Source: Balanoglossus misakiensis (taxonomy: Eukaryota > Animalia > Hemichordata). Taken from it: 64,000 nucleotides of DNA. Each line of letters begins with the position of its first letter. The stretch's first letter is position 1. Both the position numbers and the translations under genes were made by a program. The notes under the pieces were generated by a model that was not told the DNA's origin, made no database searches, and saw only the letters and a program-made list of their open reading frames with translations. The stretch lies in assembly GCA_040954595.2 (NCBI GenBank), contig JBECUI020000031.1:186001-250000 (forward strand), written 5' to 3'. Shown here piece by piece: positions 59,745 to 64,000 of the stretch.

Positions 59745-60068
59745 ATGCCTGGTAAGCGACTTGCTTTCAAGATGAAACTTATCGATCCCTCCTATGCAGA
59801 GGAATATAAAAAGCGTCACAAGAAGATTTGGCCCACTTTGGCCTCCCTACTAACCAAGGCAGGAGTTTCAAACTATTCAATCTTCCTGGATGAAGAAACA
59901 GGAACTTTGTTCGGCGTCCAGCAAGTCCGTGGACAAGGCGGTTCCCAAGATCTTAAAAAGGAAGCAATAGTCCAGGAATGGTGGGCCTATATGGCAGATA
60001 TTATGGAAACCAACAGTGATGATTCCCCGGTGAGTACTCCCTTGTCTGAAGTATTTTTTCTGGAATAG
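59745..60068 (+). CDS. rhaM: L-rhamnose mutarotase
   Basis: AFKMKL, EEYKKRH.KIWP, NYSIFLDE, WWAYMADIMETN.D.SPVS..L.EVFFLE. Confidence 0.95.
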   Translation: MPGKRLAFKMKLIDPSYAEEYKKRHKKIWPTLASLLTKAGVSNYSIFLDEETGTLFGVQQVRGQGGSQDLKKEAIVQEWWAYMADIMETNSDDSPVSTPLSEVFFLE

Positions 60069-60111
60069 TCCTGAGCTTAAAAAGCACCAGAACAAACTTA
60101 AGGAGTTTGTC

Positions 60112-61221
60112 ATGAACAGCAGAGAACGTGTATTACGTGCCTTCGCTCTTATCGAAGGCCTTCCTGACCGGCCACCGCTTCAGTTTGATCTGTGCCGGAG
60201 CCTCACCGAGGAATTTGGCCGAAGGCTGGGTATCAAGCCCGATTATTCCCCTTCTTACTACGAGGACTTGACTTACCGGATTTCAGCAAACGAGATTCGA
60301 ACAAGCATGGGCAGCGATTGTATTGTTGTGGGGGCTACAACCCGGAAGAACTGGAAGCCCACTCTGATTCAGGGCAACATCTCCTTGAATGAATTTGACA
60401 TGGGAATGAAGCCTGGTCCCCTCCATGCAGAGGTTGTACGTTATCCTTTAGCACACATTAAATCCGTCGAGGAGGTGGAGGCCTATGCCTTCCCCGATCC
60501 CAAGGCTCCCGGCCGCTTTGACAAAGCCGAGAGAGATATCAAGCGCTTTGCTAAGACCCATTTTGTTATTGGCGATGTGGAACTCAGCCTCTTTGAAATG
60601 GCCTGGCATATTTCTGGATTGCCCAAATACCTTAACGCTCTGGAAAAAAAAGAGCCCTGGGTCGAAGCTCTCAACGACAAGGTGGAGACCTGGTCTACTT
60701 CTCTTGCCCTATCCCTGGCGGACCGGGGGGCCGATGCCATCTGGTTCGGAGAAGACCTGGGAAATCAAACATCAACACTGATCTCCCCAAGCATGTGGAA
60801 GGAGCGCTTCAAGGAACGCCATCGCCGAATAATTGCCAGACTCAAGAGAAGACATCCCAAAGTCCTAGTGATTATGCACTCCGATGGTGCGGCTAGGCCC
60901 TTGATTGATGACTTTATTGAAATTGGCGTTGACGTTTATAATCCCCTCCAGCCCCACCAACCCTGGTCAGACCCACAAAAGCTTCAAGACAGCCATGGGC
61001 ATAGGATTCGCTTTTTTGGAGGTATTGATCAGAAGAATTTGATGCCCCAGGGCGACATCAATGCCCTGAATACAGAAATTCAAAGTCTGGCATCGATCCT
61101 GGGAAAAAAGGGCAACTACCTCATGGCGCCGGCCCATATTGTGCAGGCTGATGTGGAACCAGAAACCGTGGAGGCAATAATTCAAAGCGTAAAGAATTTG
61201 GATCAAGCCCCATTGAAATAG
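60112..61221 (+). CDS. Uroporphyrinogen decarboxylase/corrinoid methyltransferase family protein (not HemE)
   Basis: MNSRERV..PDRPP, LFEMAW, WFGEDLG, MHSDG, YNPLQP, FFGGID, APAH; lacks the HemE MRQAGR motif. Confidence 0.85.
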   Translation: MNSRERVLRAFALIEGLPDRPPLQFDLCRSLTEEFGRRLGIKPDYSPSYYEDLTYRISANEIRTSMGSDCIVVGATTRKNWKPTLIQGNISLNEFDMGMKPGPLHAEVVRYPLAHIKSVEEVEAYAFPDPKAPGRFDKAERDIKRFAKTHFVIGDVELSLFEMAWHISGLPKYLNALEKKEPWVEALNDKVETWSTSLALSLADRGADAIWFGEDLGNQTSTLISPSMWKERFKERHRRIIARLKRRHPKVLVIMHSDGAARPLIDDFIEIGVDVYNPLQPHQPWSDPQKLQDSHGHRIRFFGGIDQKNLMPQGDINALNTEIQSLASILGKKGNYLMAPAHIVQADVEPETVEAIIQSVKNLDQAPLK

Positions 61222-61535
61222 AACTGAAGACAAAACTATCCTAAGTCTTTCTTAAAGCACAGGATGATAATATAATGTTATGAGCCTTGTCGTAATTAAT
61301 CGGCAACAAACCACGAAAAGTTTCGTCTTGAGTCCCCCTGGGAAAGACAGCGATCCAATCCCTTCTCTATACGAAGCCCACTCCAGGAAATTTATTTAGA
61401 GACTGGGACTTCTCCTCCTTACTGCTTTTATCAGGTTTGAGGTAAAAAAGTTCAGACTGCTGCAATGAGGGAACAGGGAAAAACTTCAATCAAATAAGAT
61501 AGATGGCACAGGAGTTGTGGAGGGACAAAGCCTCA

Positions 61536-61579
61536 TCCCCAAAAACAGCGGAGCATTAAGGCCCCGCTGTTTTTGGGGA
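61536..61579 (-). terminator. Strong stem-loop immediately after the BspA-like gene
   Basis: TCCCCAAAAACAGCGG / CCGCTGTTTTTGGGGA, perfect 16-bp stem. Confidence 0.75.
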
Positions 61580-61583
61580 ATCT

Positions 61584-64000
61584 TTACGGTACCGTTATAG
61601 AAAACTGCACAATTGGGTTGTCTGGCGAGCTGAAATCGGCACTTGTTGTTTGTATCGTTATGGTATAGTTACCAGCCAAAGTACTGTTCTTGACTTGCAA
61701 GGTCGTTCCATCGGTAATGCTGAACTTATCGTTGTCGATTGTAGCATCTACTGGTAGACTGTACGGCAGATTTTCCAGATGTCCTGCAAGGATGCTGTTC
61801 TGTGCTGTAATGGCTAGTGGACTGTCTACTGAGATGCTTCTCTGCGGTGGTAATGTAATATACCATCGTCCGAGGTCCTGAGCGAGACTGTCTGCCCCAT
61901 CGAACATCTCACTCATATTAATTACCTTGGAGGTGTCCCAGTTGTTCAAGCTCTGATTAAAGGTAAGTGCCCCATAGAACATCCGATGCATATCAGTTAC
62001 ATTGGAGGTGTTCCAGCCGTTCAACTCCTGATTAAAGACGATTGCAAACAAGAACATCTGAGCCATATCAGTTACATTGGTGGTGTTCCAGTCGTTCAGC
62101 TCCTGATTAAAGGCTCTTGCCCCATAGAACATCTCCCCCATATCGGTTACCTTTGACGTATCCCAGCGACTGATTACTCCATTGAAGACTCTTGCATTTA
62201 GGAACATCTTACTCATATTGGTTACATTGGAGGTTACCCAGTTGTTCAAGTCCTGATTAAAGTTAGCTGCCCCATCAAACATGTAGCTCATATCGGTTAC
62301 ATTTGACGTATCCCAGTCACCGATTTCTCCATTGAAGGCATTTGCCTCAGCGAACATCCGATACATATTGGTTACATTGGTGGTGTTCCAGTTGTTCAAG
62401 TTCTGATTAAAGGCTCTTGCCCCATAGAACATCTCCTTCATATCGGTTACATTTGACGTATCCCAGCCACCGATTTCTCCATCGAAGGCACTTGCCGCAG
62501 TGAACATCCGACGCATCTTAGTTACATTAACGGTGTTCCAGTTGTTCAAGTCCTGATTAAAGTTAGCTGCCCCATCAAACATGTAGCTCATATCGGTTAC
62601 ATTTGACGTATCCCAGTTACCGATTTCTCCATTGAAGCTGCTTGCAGAGGCAAACATGGAATCCATACTGGTTACTCTTGAGAGATCAGGAATGTCGGTT
62701 GCTGCCATCGTCACGTTGGGGGCAAGGGCAAATGCCCTGCTCATATCAGTCCATTGTACTGTGCCCCACTGATCAATGGACTTAAGGCGTGCTGCTATTT
62801 CTGCTTCTGCATCTCCCACCCGTATCCGCTGGAAACTATCACTTATTGTAACTGTGTATTCTCCTGCTTCTGCATAGGTATGGCTTGCTGTGCCAGAAAG
62901 TGTTCCTGTCGTTCCATCGCCCCAGTCTATATCATAGATTGCTGTACTGCCTCCCACGGGAATCTCCACGCTTTGATAGGCTGCTGTTGTTTCCCATCGT
63001 GTTATAAAGGACGACGGGGGGGGGACAAACTTAGTCAATACAACACTTCCAACGGCATAGTTACCATTGCTTGGACTTGCCGTTACAGTAACCGTTTGTT
63101 CTACCCCAGCTTGTGCATCTGAAGCTATAGAGATTGTCCCACTTGTTTCATCAATGCTCCACCCGGTTGGTATCGGAGCCATCGCATAACTCAACCCCGC
63201 CTCCTGCGGTGCAGCAGTAGCTGGTGCATAACTTGCTCCCCTGATAAAAACTTCTTCCACATAGACCAGATACTCTTCTATTGCCTTCTGACTGACCGTT
63301 ATGGCTATCTCATGCCTTGCCGTACTCGTGTAGCCAGCGGCACTTGCTGTTATGATCAGGGTATAGGTTCCTGCTGAGGTCGTGTCATCAATAGTTATGG
63401 CTCCATCGATTCCCACGGTAATGCCCACTACAGTGCCCAAACTTGTGTAGGTCAACGACAATTCTGCTGATGGTAGATTGCTCGGTGCAGGAATAAGCGA
63501 ACCGCTTCCTCCATAGGGAATAGTAAGGCTATCCTCATCATACAGAACCACATTGCTTAATCCCGAAACTGTAACCGTTATCGATGCCGCATTGCTCGGG
63601 TCTGCTCCTGATCTTGCCGTTATTGTGGCACTTCCATCTGCTACTGCCTCAACCCTGCCATCTATTACTTCTACAACGGTATTATCACTGCTTACCCAGC
63701 TTACTGAGGTATCCTCTACGTTGCCCCAGAGGCTTTCTGGGACACTCAGCGTCCGGGTATCTCCGATTGCAAGAGTCAGTTCGCTGATGGCTCCACTCGT
63801 ATCATGGATCTCTAAGGGCCGAATTCCATTGGCAGAAAATGGCCCTGCTTCTGTCCAGTCACTGACCATGTTGGCATCAAAGGTGCTAATGGCTTGTATG
63901 CGAATGTAGTACTCCCCTGCCTCCAAGCCAGTGAGTGTAATGGTGGGCAGATCTACGGCTTCCAACTTTGTCCAATTGCTCTCTGTAGAAAGGCGATACT
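61584..64000 (-). CDS. BspA/DUF285 repeat surface protein with FN3, Ig-like (Big_2) and PKD-like modules, 5' end outside the window
   Basis: Frame open to base 64000; FN3 TITLTGLEAGEYYIRIQA, WVSSDNTVVEV..G.VEAVADGSATITA, FITRW..IDWGDG, repeats WDTSNVTDMSYMFDGAANFNQDL. Confidence 0.92.
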   Translation of the reverse strand, partial: YRLSTESNWTKLEAVDLPTITLTGLEAGEYYIRIQAISTFDANMVSDWTEAGPFSANGIRPLEIHDTSGAISELTLAIGDTRTLSVPESLWGNVEDTSVSWVSSDNTVVEVIDGRVEAVADGSATITARSGADPSNAASITVTVSGLSNVVLYDEDSLTIPYGGSGSLIPAPSNLPSAELSLTYTSLGTVVGITVGIDGAITIDDTTSAGTYTLIITASAAGYTSTARHEIAITVSQKAIEEYLVYVEEVFIRGASYAPATAAPQEAGLSYAMAPIPTGWSIDETSGTISIASDAQAGVEQTVTVTASPSNGNYAVGSVVLTKFVPPPSSFITRWETTAAYQSVEIPVGGSTAIYDIDWGDGTTGTLSGTASHTYAEAGEYTVTISDSFQRIRVGDAEAEIAARLKSIDQWGTVQWTDMSRAFALAPNVTMAATDIPDLSRVTSMDSMFASASSFNGEIGNWDTSNVTDMSYMFDGAANFNQDLNNWNTVNVTKMRRMFTAASAFDGEIGGWDTSNVTDMKEMFYGARAFNQNLNNWNTTNVTNMYRMFAEANAFNGEIGDWDTSNVTDMSYMFDGAANFNQDLNNWVTSNVTNMSKMFLNARVFNGVISRWDTSKVTDMGEMFYGARAFNQELNDWNTTNVTDMAQMFLFAIVFNQELNGWNTSNVTDMHRMFYGALTFNQSLNNWDTSKVINMSEMFDGADSLAQDLGRWYITLPPQRSISVDSPLAITAQNSILAGHLENLPYSLPVDATIDNDKFSITDGTTLQVKNSTLAGNYTITIQTTSADFSSPDNPIVQFSITVP
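61860..62680 (-). repeat. Array of ~11 75-bp (25-aa) DUF285 repeats with 150/300-bp higher-order periodicity
   Basis: Alternating FNGEIGxWDTS and FNQxLNNWNTT units; 62241-62317 is identical to 62541-62617. Confidence 0.9.

Noticed and set aside
60112-61221. hemE (heme biosynthesis)
   Set aside because: Lacks the MRQAGR motif, has no tetrapyrrole genes nearby and sits in a sugar-catabolic context
61222-61535. Possible c-di-GMP riboswitch-like sequence (GGCAACAAACC..GAAA)
   Set aside because: Lacks the GGGACGCAAA and second-stem consensus, and lies between convergent gene ends
61860-62680. Regular repeats as a CRISPR array or DGR template/variable pair
   Set aside because: The units are in-frame 75-bp coding repeats without unique spacers; there is no cas or reverse transcriptase gene, and differences are not obviously adenine-restricted
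549-63909. Numerous 60-205 aa ORFs antisense to or overlapping the annotated genes (e.g. 18729-19307, 33550-34167, 38103-38567, 55347-55952)
   Set aside because: Shadow ORFs of well-supported genes, with no motifs or initiation signals

Overview
Bacterial chromosomal window, most likely from a Spirochaetales member. The evidence is spirochete-type lipoproteins, substrate-binding proteins with 'FAxGG' N-termini and a secA/divergent-lipoprotein arrangement like that in Borrelia. Housekeeping genes (ftsH, nrdR, folC, tkt, secA, ftsI, lepB, xth, pstSCAB-phoU) alternate with surface-protein genes: an FN3 lipoprotein, an ankyrin protein, a Pmp-repeat lipoprotein and a BspA/DUF285 repeat protein. 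There is also a YcjNOP-like sugar ABC set and a LolD/FtsX-permease/LolA-like/beta-barrel export module. The main candidate for an undescribed system is a ~15 kb rhamnose-type catabolic island (46.2-61.2 kb). Besides rhaA, an aldolase, an ABC importer, rhaM and AraC, it carries a MocD-like membrane di-iron oxygenase (desaturase fold) and a non-HemE UroD/methyltransferase-family protein on either side of rhaM, which suggests O-demethylation of a methylated rhamnose-like sugar (inference). A 7-kb block (21.2-28.1 kb) has about 14 frame disruptions in essential genes, probably consensus-sequencing errors. Several promoters predict leaderless mRNAs. No rRNA, tRNA, CRISPR array or transposase was found.
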